A stretch of 64,000 nucleotides of DNA, from the NCBI RefSeq assembly GCF_964355755.1, contig NC_092680.1, forward strand, positions 8,060,001 to 8,124,000. The letters are read 5' to 3'. The notes under the pieces were generated by a model. That model had not been told where the DNA came from and searched no databases. It saw nothing but the letters and a program-made list of their open reading frames with translations. Source of the stretch: Antedon mediterranea. Its lineage: Eukaryota; Animalia; Echinodermata. Made by a program: the position numbers and the translations under genes. Positions 49,646 through 63,589 of the stretch are shown here, piece by piece. The stretch's first letter is position 1, and each line of letters begins with the position of its first letter.

Positions 49646-52600
49646 ATGTTCCGTCTCTCATTGTTATTGGTGTCCGTTGAAATAATTGTTGGTGTGACTT
49701 CACAAGATACAGGTAAGATTAGATATAACTAGATTTTAATTCGTCACTTTGACGGATCGTAGGTGATAATAGCTGGTCTTGTGGTCCATATTCATTTCTT
49801 CTCAGTGTTTATAATTTATCCATTTTTACGTGCTTGAAATGGAATAAGATACATATTAATATCAATAGAGTTATTTTAAAATGTTTAAATAGATATATAT
49901 ATATAAACAAATCAGGCAAAGAACATTAATTCTAAACCGCCCGGTGATATACTGAAATTTAATTAATTAATTTGAAACGATAAAGGTGAGCAAATCTGTG
50001 ATATATATATATATATTATCACAAAACACCTATATCCGTTATGCCATGATACCCAATGATGAGGACTAGCAAGTGGTGCCTAACATACCACAACCAGTGT
50101 ATCATCATCAGTGCGTTGTGGTATCATTTTCCATTGAAATGTTTACAATAAGCATTATGCCTTTACACTTTTAACTATTAATTCACTCACACGTTTAAAT
50201 GGAACGAACTTTCCATCATTGGGCTCTGAGATTCATTTGTTGGCAGTATAAATGCCAATTTAGGCCTACACAGTAACGGTAATAACAATATATAATCAAT
50301 GTTATTCCTTATGATTATTTACATACAACTCGGTGATATACTGAAATTTAATTAAATAATTTGAAACTATAAGATGAGGAACACTTGTTTACTACACAGT
50401 ATTTAAACAAACGTTGTATTATAATATATAGTGATGAAGCGTGAATAGCAACATGTGGTATTTCAACATTCTGTGCCGGCCGTGCTCGCTTTTTATTTTG
50501 TGTCGACAGCAGCTGGACGGCTAGAAATGAGCTTCTATTGCAGGAAAGCAAAATAGTATTCATCCGTTTGGCATGCAAAAGAAGATAAAACTTAATACAG
50601 TAGTGGTGTAGAAATATGCGAAAACTAAATTTCATTTGAACATTGATTATTTAATTTAAACAATTGAATAACATGCAACAGTCACATCGAACCAATAGTT
50701 CATTTTCTCAACCATAGATTATGCCATGTCATATGCCTATAATATGCCTAATTTTCCTCTTTCAGGTCTTGGCTATAAACCGCTGCGCTTAGTTGGCGGA
50801 GAGAGTGATAGGGAAGGCCGGGTTGAAATTTACCATAACGGTAGTTGGGCGACAGTATGTGATGATAGGTAAAGTAGATAACTAACAATGTATCATTAAT
50901 AATATATGTTTTAATTATTTTAGATAAAAAAGCAAAGTATTAGGAATTGGTGATAAATTTAGATAAGAAAAACAACAATCCTCTCCCCTGTGAGACAGTA
51001 ATTTATACAAAATATTATTCAGCACATGTTTATATAATTTCATTCACCTTTCATTTATTGAGAATCATTCATTTTAATCCATTCTAAGCATGATGTATGT
51101 ATTCAATCAATAGATGGGATATTCGAGATGCATTTGTAGTGTGCCGTCAAATTGGATTTACCGATGCAGTAAACGCTACCATACGATCTTCCTTTGGACG
51201 TGGAGAAGGAGAGATCTTATATGAAAACTGTGAATGTCGTGGAGATGAGTCTTCCTTGAACGAATGTCTTCACTCGGCCTTTTACGACCATGACTGCAGC
51301 CACGGCGAAGACGCTGGCGTCATTTGTGGCGGTCATAATGTTGGTAAATAAAGGAAATTCACTATGTAAACATCTAATACTTATTACAATAACCATTCGG
51401 GGATTATTGGTTGCTGTCATGACAAAAAAAAACTGAAGCCTCCTTCATAAAATCAATACTTTTCTTAACGCCGTTTCGTTCATTATATTATTAAGTGATA
51501 ACGCCTGGTGAGACTATTTTAGAAAGACATACTTACTATATTTACTATCATAATGCTTTGTATTTAACAACGTTCTTGGTTAATGTATAGTAGCAACTAT
51601 TTATTTCTAAATATTTCTTACGTTTGTATAAGGTACTGGAGACAGTTCCATTGATGATAATTTATCAACTGCTGATTCCTCTTCAAATATCGAAGGAGAA
51701 ACATCAAATCAGCAATCGTCATCGTATTCATTTAATATCCAAGAAGCTTCCCAGGTTCACATAATGTATGACTTACAGAGCAGCAACTCTGAGTCTACCC
51801 CATCTGAAGAAATTAGCTCTAGCGTATCTAGCAATACAAACACTAGGCCTATGATGGATGAAAGTATACCAAGCAGTACAGCCGAAGACGATCCTTGTTC
51901 GGAAGACAAATGTGAAAATGGCGCCACTTGCGAACTTGAAGGAAGTAATCCCCTAGGATATATGTGTATGTGTGCCTCTGAGTGGACGGGAACCTATTGT
52001 GAACTTACAGGTTTGTATTTCCATTATTGTGAATATAAAAAACCTGGTGTCTGTTGGCATTTACTGTAGGAGTTGACCATGATCTAAGAATGTTTATGGT
52101 AAACTTCGTCATCGAACCACTTTGAACAAAGTTTATAACATAGGAGATCATAATGGACAGATTTGGATTATCAAAGCATGAGTTTAACTTTAGCGGGACC
52201 AGTAGAGCATATTCAGCCAAAACCCCTCTCTGTATCATTTTATTATTTTACTTTATTATTACACAATTATTACTACATTCATATTATTTTAATTAATTTA
52301 TAAATAATCTATCTGTTTCCAGTCTTAGATAATGATACGGAAGAAGAGGAGGAATTCGATAATGACACAGACTATTACCTTGAACCAACAGAGGAGTACA
52401 GCAGCATTGGATACGAATCTACAAGAATGATAGGCAGTTCAATTCCAGCATCAACTGTGGTGACGTCACCAACAACCACCATGGCCACAACATCACTGAC
52501 AGAAAAAAGTACACAACGGTTATCAACACAAATTAGAAATGTAAATAATTCAACGACTAAAAATAACATTTTAACAAATCAATATATTACCAAGACTCAA

Positions 52601-54129
52601 AATCTTACACAATATTCTACTCAAAGTGAATATTTGACATCTGAAACCCCTACAAACGATGTTACGACTATTTCCGAAGCAACGACAAACAATGGTCATG
52701 AAAATGTAACAAACGTAGAAAGCATTGCAACCTGGGACCATGCTTCAGCAACAGACGATTTGGAAAGGGTAACCGTTACAACACAGGCTGTTTTATCCAC
52801 TAAAGAACTGCAACAACGATTAACATTAATAACGTTAAATACCACCAAGGCTTATGACGGCTTTATAACAGATATTTTGAACGACATAGCAACCACAACT
52901 TCGGGAGAAAAATCGATGTCAACAAAAAATTACGACGGTAAAATAGAAACCTCCACAAGCAATTTGAATGACAAATCCATTGCCACCGAATCAACTCCAG
53001 TACTAATAAACGGATCTGCAAGTCCTTCACAATCAAATAGTTATTTTGGTATGTATGATGAATCTTATTTATACTTATAGTTCACATAATATAACCCAAG
53101 ATATGTTAAAATACAATAATATATTTGTTTCTTTTGCAACTTTGGTGTTTATTCCTTGATTTGGAACATTTTTGTGTGACGATAAAGAGGGCGCTCTTCA
53201 TTGTAAAAGTAACAAGGCATGCAGAATCGTATAGTTCTTGCAGACTTTTTTAAATTTTGCAATGATTACTTTTACAGAAGATAAATCAATCATGTCTATT
53301 ATTTTTAAATTACTTTTTTTAAATACTTATTTACTCTTCGTAAGAACACTGAGTAAGAAAACTCGATCATTTATTTTTTTTACAGATTTACAAACACTTG
53401 TACTTATTGGGCTTGGAATAATGATTATGATTTTGTTGATTTTAATTGCAATAACATTACTAAAGAAAAGACGGTAAGTACACATAATATGAAAGAGAAG
53501 AAACTATCACACCTATTTAATAGTTACGTCACAAAGAAACGTAAAAAACATAAAAGAAACGACATTGACGATATATTAAATAATGTGTTTGTGTATATAG
53601 ATTTATCTATTGTATTCAACTTGGTGTTTAAATATAATTCAATAAGTTATTTCTTTTCAGAACAAATGATAGTCCTAGCCCTAGCACAGTGGTTGAGACA
53701 GGAGACAAATCGGATAATGTAGACGTATTATCTAAATCTACTGAGTACACAAACATCGCATTCGATAATTGTGAAACGCAAACGCACAGCGAGTTGAACT
53801 ATTCACCTAAACAATATCTAGAATCAATATCATCTTCAATTGAAATCTCCCCATCAGATAACTTTGCGTCACAAACGCGTCAATCTAATTCAGATGATGT
53901 TCTTAACGCGTCAACAAGCCACTTTTCACCTCAGCAAAAGACAATAGTCGACGTTTCCCCCTCAACATCTCAGCGGCAATACTGTCAAACCAAACAAGAG
54001 AAACAGACGATGATAAATGTATGCCCTGAACTAACTCAAACAATAAAACGGCCAACATCACAAACGAAGCAGTCAAAATCACAAATGGTCGTCAAAGCGC
54101 AAATAGATGAGGGGATAGAAGTATTATAA
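49646..54129 (+). CDS. Type I membrane scavenger receptor: signal peptide, SRCR (group A), EGF, S/T-rich mucin stalk, TM, cytoplasmic tail
   Basis: Exons 49646-49712 (signal [19 protein letters not shown]), 50766-50868 ([28 protein letters not shown]), 51114-51343 (VVCRQIGF...[12 protein letters not shown]), 51633-52010 ([15 protein letters not shown]...[12 protein letters not shown]), 52323-53048 (T/S-rich), 53386-53473 ([28 protein letters not shown]), 53661-54129 (tail, ends IEVL). All phases are compatible. Confidence 0.88.
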
Positions 54130-54374
54130 ATGTTTTGGCAAACACGAAAAAAAGTGCAATTGATCTATCTATGTTTGGTTAATTAGTATAACTAAGAGTT
54201 AGATAGGCATACAGAGATTAAACTGACATGAAAAGACGTATACTTTAAAGTTTGTTTTAAATTCGTCAAACTCCAAGTTGAATTGATTAATGAAATTTCG
54301 GAATTACGACTGTATTTAAAATATTAACAAATACAGTACAACAAAGAGTACGACTAAATTATATAATTTAACTA

Positions 54375-54530
54375 AAAATCTGTCTACAGTATCAAACTAG
54401 TTTGCAAAAAAAAAGTGATGTACCTAAATATGGTAGTGATATGCTTAAATATGGTAGTGATATGATATCATCGTCCATATATGGGAAAATCACATTTTGT
54501 TGTCTCATAAAGTTTGATGGTGTATTAAGA
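54375..54530 (+). repeat. Second copy of the 21-bp-repeat MITE-like family
   Basis: tctgtctacagtatcaaact ... (aaatatggtagtgatatg)x2 ... aaagtttgatggtgta, with inverted ends. Confidence 0.65.
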
Positions 54531-56325
54531 AGCCTTGTTGTAGTTTATAATTAGGTATTTGTATAATTGTTGTCAGATCCTATGTTACAGCATTGTAAAA
54601 CGTAGATTGTTCAAGTGTACTAGTGCGTCATAACCTGTGTGAATATTATTGTATTATCTAATGTCGACGACGATGCATGATGAACGTACATTATGTATTT
54701 TATTATCGTTTAAAGTAACCTATTAGTAACTAGAACCAGGAAAGATTAATTTTACTCTTCCCTGCTAACACTAAATATTACAGTTTAGATATTGCTTTTA
54801 ATGTTAACCATGCATGTAGCCTACCCTACTTCATTCAATGCCAAACATCGAATAAATATACATTTCATAACAATTTTCAAAATATTATTGAAAATTAAAA
54901 TGGAATGTTTACAAATTCATCAAATTGTATTAATTGAAGGAAACGACCTTGAATACAGCATAAACTATTTCCAACCCTGGTGTATTTCGCAAGAATACAC
55001 TGTGTAGGCAGTACGGTAACATGCTACACCCATTTTCAAGCGCACTCAACAACCAAAGTAGTTCATTGTTTAGTCAGGGAGTTGTACAACTCCCTGGTTT
55101 AGTTTGTGAGAATTATGACTAATATCTAGTAATGGCTTTATCTTTGCTATGTAGGTTAAATGCTGTTGATTGATACTTTAGCTTGATTATAATTGTTGTT
55201 CCTTTCTTTATAATATAACCCTCGCATGTTTTTAACGAAAATAGTATGAAAAGCTAGCTGACTAGTTAAGACTTTACGTTGTATTTAATATATAAATGGA
55301 GGCACAAATTTACATAACAAAAAATCAATTTAAAAACCTCTTGATAATAACAATCGACTTTATGTAGTTTTATTTTACCGACGGTGCGCTTTTGTATTTT
55401 CTGTATCTGTCTTTTCATCCAGGGTCTTTTAAAATTCCGATTGGAAAAATAAAGTCGTCAAGGTAAAAATGTTTGTTCATAAAATACAATTCTTTCTTTA
55501 CTTTGTATTCGGATTGTTGAAGAACATGTCTATCAATTTTATGGTCAATTAAAAATAGCAAAAAGACAAATGTTGGATTTTTATCATTTCTTGCTCCAAT
55601 TAATTACATGTCCGAACAATGGAAGTGACCTGTCTGTAACGTTTTATTGGGGAAAATAATATACAGCCAGTCAATTCGTTTGTAATAAAACTATAAAATA
55701 AAAGTTTAGAACGCACTCGACAAAAACCCAAATTGTGTAGAAGATTTTCGGTAGTTGAATCTAAATTATTTCGCATTATCATAGACAGAATATGTTATAC
55801 AGTGTCACGTAGGCCTATCCATGTATCATAGGCCATAAACCTTACCTCAACTACATAACATGGGCCACTATTAATGAATTTGATTCTGGTACCAGACCGA
55901 CAATGTAATGTGCATAGAGATGCAAGCGTGGTGTTATTAATTCTTTAATCTATCATGCGAACGTGATTTTACTTTTTTAAACCATGAATCACCATAAGTT
56001 CTATGTGTTGTTTAATATTCCAAAGAATTCAAATTGTAATTCAGTAAGTAACATGCTATACTTCTTACCAGATGTTTTAACTTTAAATCTGTTTCGAAGA
56101 AGCCCTTCGTTTCAGTGACTCGTTCCACCTTAATTACTTCACTGTATCAAACACCGAATAATTTACCCATTGTCACAATAACCAATTGTAACACAAACCC
56201 TTTTTATCCATCAAAACGATGCATAAAAGAGACATGCGCTAGTATGCACACACATTTTGTGCTTATACTAAAAACGAAAACAACTGTACAAAATACTACT
56301 GTTGTATTGCATTAGTTTTACTAAC

Positions 56326-59300
56326 ATGGATGTTAATATTATTCAAACGTTTTTGATTTATTCCATTTTGGGGAGTTTGGTACTAGTTTCTTCAGCGAAC
56401 ATTTTAGGTAAGTTAATTTTACCATTTTTGTGAGTTTTAAATCATTCTGCTTATCCGGATCGTCGTTAAAATAACTCGTTCACTTTGACAAACTATAAAA
56501 TAAGTAACATCTCCGCATAAATACGAAAACTTGTTATGGGGTAGGGGAGAGAAGTCATCGGAAAGTAAATTAACACGTATACTCGGATAAAACCATTTTA
56601 ACTGTTGTCTTGATACACATAAGTAAGAACATTGTGATATTGGAACGGAATTCTCACCGATATCGGTACTATACAGAAAATAGTAAAATCAATGCTTTGT
56701 AACTGAGATTGGAAGATATTTAGTAGGAAGGAATAGAAAATAATTAAATAATAATAATCATAATAAGAATTAATAATAATTTCACAAAATAATGTTGGAA
56801 CGAGGTATACACTATTTGCGTACATGGAGTTTAAAGTGCATACAAAAATACGAACAAACATGGTTATAGAAACCAATTCCACACTGGTTATTAGGCTATT
56901 CGTAATTCTGAATAAGGCATTACCATAGCAGCTTACTTTCAGTGGGCATGTCGTCAACCCAAAACAAAATAGAAACCCATTCCTCCCTGATTATTAGGCT
57001 ATTAGTATTCTGAATAAGGCATTACCATAGCAGCTTACTTACAGTGGGTATGTCAACCCAAAACGAAATAGAAACCAATTCCACCCTGATTATTAGGCTA
57101 TTAGTATTCTGAATAAGGCATTACGATCAGCTTACTTTCAGTGGGCATGTCGTCAACCCAAAACAAATTAGAAACCCATTCCACTCTGATTATGAGGATA
57201 TTAGTATTCTGAATAAGGCATTACCATAGCAGCTTACTTACAGTGGGTATGTCAACCAAGAACAAAATAGGAACCCATTCCACCCTGATTATTAGGCTAT
57301 TCGTAATTCTGAGTAAGGCATTACCATAGCATCTTACTTAAAGTGGGTATGTCAACCCAGAACAAAATAGGTACAGTTAATAGGGCTTAGAAATAAAGCG
57401 GGAAATCCCGACATAATCCACATTAACAGGTTCACTTTTAATAACGCATCTCTGTTTATATCCCAGGTGTATTATCAACACGTTCATCTTTTGTAAAATA
57501 ATAGTCGCGTGCTATTCTCTCTACTAAGCCTGTATAAGCGGAACTAATAATGCTACCAAGCCTTTTATAATCGCGGTTCGTTCTGGCACCAGAAAGTTTA
57601 ATCACAAGGTCAACATTTTCGATTTTAAAATCTGTGATGTGCTTAGAAGCTATAGTTTCACACTGACATTACCAAATTTCATTAAATAATTATTTAGGAT
57701 ACTTACCGTAAGGGCTATACAGAGAACTTCTAAAATGAGGATAGAGGCTCCGCAACTCAACAGTATCAAAATCATATAAGGCCGTAGTGTTCGTAGTGAT
57801 ATAGTAATATCGCCTTACATTCACTGAAAAGTTTCCACTTAATAGGGGTGCTCCCAAAATAATGGTTCCCCCATCCCAAAGTAAGGGTTCATACTGTATC
57901 TCGATGACGATTAAAAATTAAATTCTGGAAAAAGGCTTACAATAAATCATATTCAATATAAGCCTAAATAAAATGGAACGATTGAAATTATTATTTTTTT
58001 GTAAACATTCTGTTTACTTCCACAAAATGCAATGCATAATATGGTTTGTAAATACGATATAAAAGACACATATTCTGTATGAATTGGTAATTGTTGTTGT
58101 TGGTATTAGTCTATGGATTTAAGACACCCCACGCAATTAAACAGAATTAAGTTCGACTTAAACAATACGAATGACAGGTTAATTTTGAAGAGGATATACT
58201 GTACAACATAATTGCCAAAAAAAGACTTAAAGAAACACACTACATTTCGTATACGTGTTCATACGGAAAAACGGGCACTTGTTCGTAAGTTCGTACACGT
58301 GTCCATAAATAGGTTAAATGGTATGGTACGTGTGCCAAAAACGACAGTGTAAGTTTCTTAATGTGTTCACATAATTAATGGTCATTTGGTGGCACGTAAA
58401 AAACAGAATCTCGTAACACTGAAGTTAGTAGATGCGTCCATACATATAACATACGTTAAATAGTATTATTAAGTGTGCCAAAAACGGATATTTGTAGCAC
58501 TTGCTTCAGTTGATGACATCAAAATGATATGGGACGCGTGCGCTAAATGGTCCTCACATGGCAACAACTCGTGCCTTTGTGTGAATCAAGTATTATTCAT
58601 AGACAGTAAACTTTAAAGTACTGTATAATGATAGAAGACGTAAATTGTTTGTCGGTTTGTTTTTTGCTTGTGCTAGTGTACCGCGGTACTGAAAATGTTA
58701 TGTGTAATATAAATGACTGCCTACTTGTCAATAAGTCAGTTTTTTGCACTTTCTCGTCACGTTTCAACAAATTAAATTATAATAACAGTATTTTAACAAT
58801 TGTCAATAATTTTAACTTAAAAGGAGGATAACATAGAGTCCGACGCCAGCATGACGCTATTAAAAGTATTCTACTTTTTACAACTATTAATAAATAATAA
58901 CTGTGGTAATACATCCATTATGTGTTGGGTAATATTGCGTGTTAGCAATTCAAAAAGTCGTCTGCATTTGAGCGTCACCAGCGTGCGCCACTGATTCTGG
59001 ATACGCAGACTAGTGAATAGGGAAACACACAGGACCGTTTGACCTAACTTGTACTTTGTGATTTTGATCTCATCGTATTATTTATCATTTACAAATATTC
59101 ATTCTTTTGTAGTTTTTGAATGAAATTTAAGAATCTGTGAATAGCCTTGATCTTGATGAGTGCGTCAATATAACAGAAAGCACAACTTTGATATAATCTG
59201 CAGCCTAAATAGGATCGATTAGATCTATACTTTTGATCGTGTTCACTAAATTAGATAGTAGGCCTAGATATATACAGATGTAGGTTATAATGTTATCCGG

Positions 59301-62300
59301 CGGCTCGGTAAATAAGAGACAATGGATCGAAGTAATAATTGAAAATAGTTTTCAAGCAACCGATGGTTTTCTGACCCAGTTCTCTGGAGCCAAACAAATT
59401 GTTCCCTTTAATAAGGGTGTTCTCAGACTATAAGATGGCCGTAGTGTAAAAACATAACGTATATTGGGTGTTTTGCAAGGTGGAGTTATAGGGAATTCCT
59501 TAACATTCTTGCTATTCGTCCTATATAATATGTTTTTGTAAATGGTAATGGTGATTTAATTGAAAATACATAACTTTAATAAGCTTACACTTATTACATT
59601 TTTATATATTTCATGTTAAAATGGAATCATATCAGTGGGTTTTAGTTTTACATATGGGAATATGTTTTGATAAATTGTTTATGTATGTATATATTATGTA
59701 TGTATATATTATGTATGTATATATTATGTATGTAACATTTGGCAAACTACGTCATAGTTTTAGTTCATTTTCAAGAAAAAGACCCCTCGCCATTTGCAAT
59801 CCAACATATGGCCGGGCTTGTACAATACACTTTCTACAAATACCATTATGTTTACACATCCAGGATCAACGGTGCGTTTGAGGGGAGGTTCTACGAGAGC
59901 AGAGGGACGTGTTGAAGTATACCATAATGGTGCATGGGGTACAGTATGCAACGATAACTTCAATCTCAACGAAGCGTATGTTGTGTGTCGACAACTGGGC
60001 TTCTTTAGCATCAAGAAAATTGTGAATAGAAAATGGTTCGGTGTGGGCAGTGGTGCTATCCACCTCAACCATTTAAAATGCACGGGAGTAGAATATGGTT
60101 TGTTGAATTGTGAGTACACAGACTTTCCGAGTGAGTGTACGCATAAACAAGATGCCGGGGTACTATGTCTTTCAAAAGAAAGTACAGGTAAGAGACGGTT
60201 CTAAATTTAAACAATAAACGAAAGATTTTTTTACAGATCTTCGGGCTACTTTATACAACTTTTATAGAGCATATAACATAACCCACGAAATTAGCCTGTG
60301 ATGGATAATCAAATACATGAAGCGCTCTTTAGTACATGCGTACACATTTTTAAACTAACTTTTGTGACATCATCACATCATTATATCGATTTTCATGTCA
60401 ATAGGCATGGTCTTTTGGTTGTTAAAAAAACGATAACTCGTGGAAGTCGTCGTGGAAACAAACATGCATCCAAACAACTTGTTGCATATGACATTGAAAG
60501 AAACTTTTATTTTTTAATAACTATAAAGAGGTAACGGATTCGCGCTATAAACCAGTCCGACTTGTTGATGGGGAAACGGATTATGAAGGCCGAGTTGAGA
60601 TTCTACACAAGGGGAAATGGAGCAGTATTTGCGATGATAAGTAAGTACAGGTGTATCATCATATCATCATTATAATTAAGGAGCTTTCGACAGCCTATGA
60701 CGTCATATTAATTCCATGTACTTGAATTTGAATTGGGTTGTCAATTTTTGTGTCAGTCGACGGATAAATTTAGCCGATTCTAGGTCCATGTCACAACCCT
60801 GTATTCTCTTATTACAAACATCCACATTTCACATTTCACATTTTGACACATGTGAGCCCGATAAACAAATACAACTATGTACTACTAACACAAAGGATCA
60901 TAGTACAGTACCGTCTGATGAGGTTAATTTATCTTTTTAGTTGGGATATCAAAGATGCTCGAGTGGTTTGTCGTCAACTTGGATACGCTACTGCCCGTGC
61001 AATAGCACCACGCGCAAAATTTGGTCAAGGAAAAGGCACTATTCTATTTGATGACACATTTTGCAAAGGCTATGAGAAGTATCTTAACGAATGTCCACAT
61101 TCACGGTACGATTTTCACGATTGTAGCCACGGAGAAGACGCGGGTGTCGTCTGCGAGAATTTACCAAAGGGTAAGCGTAAAGTTAGATATTGTTGATAAT
61201 CGGTGGTCAAATGCGTTTGGTTTTGAGTACAAGTAGTAGCTTCTTCATCTTGATTCCTACTTGGACGCAGCGGTAAAGACGTAAGCGCACCGTAAGAAAT
61301 TTGACCAATCATGACACGTTGAATCCCCGAAATGTCGCTTGTGATTGGTCGACCTACCTTGCGCCTACACGTCTCGTTGCGTCGCGTCCAAGTAGGATTG
61401 TTGGTGTGATATGTATGGGTAATAAATGACAAAAATGACTGAAACGTAACACTGTGTATTTACCTTGGATTTTCTTTTGGATAAATTTTAAACTAGTCTA
61501 TTTCAATATTTATAACTTACAATATCATGTCTTTTTTATAGTACCAGAATCAAACCCGATTGATTATGATATGGGTTTAATGGACTATCCGCAAATATCC
61601 AGTTTTTCTGACATATATATATATTCGTATGATTTCAAAAGTGATCTCAAATTTGAATCGAAACATTGCATGGAAGATAAATGTCAAAATGATGCTACTT
61701 GTTTAGAGCTCAATTCTACAAACGTGTGTGTTTGTAAATATCCTTGGTCTGGTCATAACTGTGAAATTTCAGGTAAGATAAAAAATACGTTATCAGCTAT
61801 ATTGTAAACTCAAGCAAAATCCCACTGGCTGGCAGCTAATTTAACTTGGCCTATTTTTTGCTTTAATATACAGTTTCTTCAGGTAAATACTTTTGGTCAA
61901 AATGGATAAACCTGATATTATATGACATTAAAATGGAATATTCAATATTTTTTTCAGCGAGACAATAGGTCTACATCGTTAACCGTTCAAAATTAATCTA
62001 ATTCATTTCTGGGCCAATTTTAATTTTTATTATTCAGAGTTTTCATTAATAGTTTTTTGTTGATTGCACAATTACAGGTCTTACTTTGCTGAATCCACCT
62101 TATACAGTTAGACATGATGGAGACGACGGGCACTGGGCTGACATATTTAAAGGTAACCATCTTCTATATTTACATTTTCTGTTTATAATATTTATTTCTT
62201 CTTTTCGAGTTTTTAAAGTGAGTCATAAACTAAGACGATCACCACATGGTCCAAGTCGGTCAGTCGACCCCTCATTTTGTACTTTATAATCGTTCACTTT

Positions 62301-63039
62301 CCTGCTACACATTCCCAGTCTTCCTATAAGTCTATGGCAAGATTTCGTACTACGCCAGACCACCTTTAATAATGTTATGGAATAGCAATGTTTAATATAG
62401 AGACATTTTGTGTAACTTGCATTGTCAGATATCAATACGTACATCGTATTTGGCGGATTCTCATTTCTTGTGATACTCAGTGTTTTTATCGTATACGCCA
62501 TCGGAGATATCAGGTAGGTCTAAATACGATTAATTAATTCATTCATTAGCAATACAACACACAAGAAAATGATGTATAAGGGAACAAGATTACAAACAAT
62601 GGGCCTCACTATACTTGTAAGGGGAGGGGCACCTTCCATCAAAAGCAAAAAAAAACATCGTCAAAGATTAATAATAATAATATTCAAATACAAATTTTGC
62701 AAATGAGCACCGATGGTAGAATGATGACAATGGTGATGATAACGGTGGATAAAATAACTGAGAAAATAGGCAACGTTCGACAACCTGTGGCCGTATTCAC
62801 CATTCACACTATAGGGAAACAACATAAACATTTATATCTCTTATTTAAATGAATAGGGCCTACAATTTAAAGGAAATACTTAAATAAGGGAAATAAAGTG
62901 TGATTGGTGAATATGGCACCTGGCTAAATCATGGCATGCATAACAATAACAAAATATTGCGGCCAAAACAATTGTGCTTCTAATTTATCTTTTTTTTAAA
63001 TTTGCATTCTTTTATTCAGACATAGGCGACGTGAATTAA
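56326..63039 (+). CDS. SRCR-SRCR-EGF protein, paralog of the upstream gene, apparently secreted
   Basis: Exons 56326-56407 (signal peptide), 59864-60187 (complete SRCR, VRLRGGSTRAEGRVEVYHNGAWGTVCND...DAGVLC), 60529-60640 plus 60941-61170 (split SRCR), 61542-61772 (EGF CMEDKCQNDATC...CVCKYPWSGHNC), 62078-62152, and a tentative last exon 63020-63039 (DIGDVN*) with AATAAA at 63151. The 3' end is less certain than the SRCR and EGF exons. Confidence 0.8.
56866..57370. repeat. About 100-bp tandem repeat, 5 diverged copies, in intron 1 of SRCR gene 2
   Basis: The unit atagaaacc(c/a)attcc...attattaggctatt...ttctgaataaggcattaccatagcagcttactt..agtggg..tgtc..aacccaaaacaaa recurs at about 56866, 56969, 57068, 57168 and 57267. 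Confidence 0.92.
61252..61398. mobile_element. Palindromic hairpin MITE
   Basis: tcctacttggacgc...gacgta.gcgca...gaccaatca / tgattggtc...tgcgcctacacgtc...gcgtccaagtagga form nested inverted repeats. Related to 23331-23468. Confidence 0.75.
61815..61983 (+). mobile_element. Diverged right half of the 15841-16169 MITE family
   Basis: tggctggcagctaattt...tcaggtaaatac...ttttggtcaaaatggataa...aatattcaa...ttttttcag aligns with 16010-16165. Confidence 0.65.
62787..62920. mobile_element. Short MITE-like inverted repeat
   Basis: gccgtattcaccattcacact ... agtgtgattggtgaatatggc. Confidence 0.55.
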
Positions 63040-63589
63040 AAGAAAACAAGAAAAAACAACAAATTATGCCAACGCATGTTTAGGAGGAGGATGTTTTGGT
63101 CTCAGAAATATATTACGTCACGACTTCTATAACATCTAAGTTGGTGATTGAATAAAAACAATTCAAATTAATTGAATTAAAAAACATTGTAAATTGTAAA
63201 TATAAGTGAATATTGTTTTGTTAATATCTATATAATGTGTAACTTCTAAAATGTGTATATATTTTTATATCTTAAAATAACTTTTTAAATGTTTCTATAT
63301 TTATATCTTACATCTTTTTGGCTGTATAATATTATTATGTACTAGGCCTAATATTTTTTTATTTAAATGTCTATATATTATATAGACATTTAAATTAAAA
63401 AATATTCTGTATGTAAATGTAATCATACTATTTCTTTTTTCAACTTAGGTAACTGTTTATATCAAAGTAAATATTTAAGAAATGGTGTATGCAGTAGTAG
63501 GCTACACTGGAATTGTCGACGTTTTGTAAAATAATGCAAATAGCTCTAGGCATAGAAGAGCTTAATAATAATTATTACTTCCAAAAAAT

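Noticed and set aside
59680-59733. (MYVYI)n ORF
   Set aside because: A 15-bp microsatellite-like repeat (atgtatgtatatatt) in an intron.
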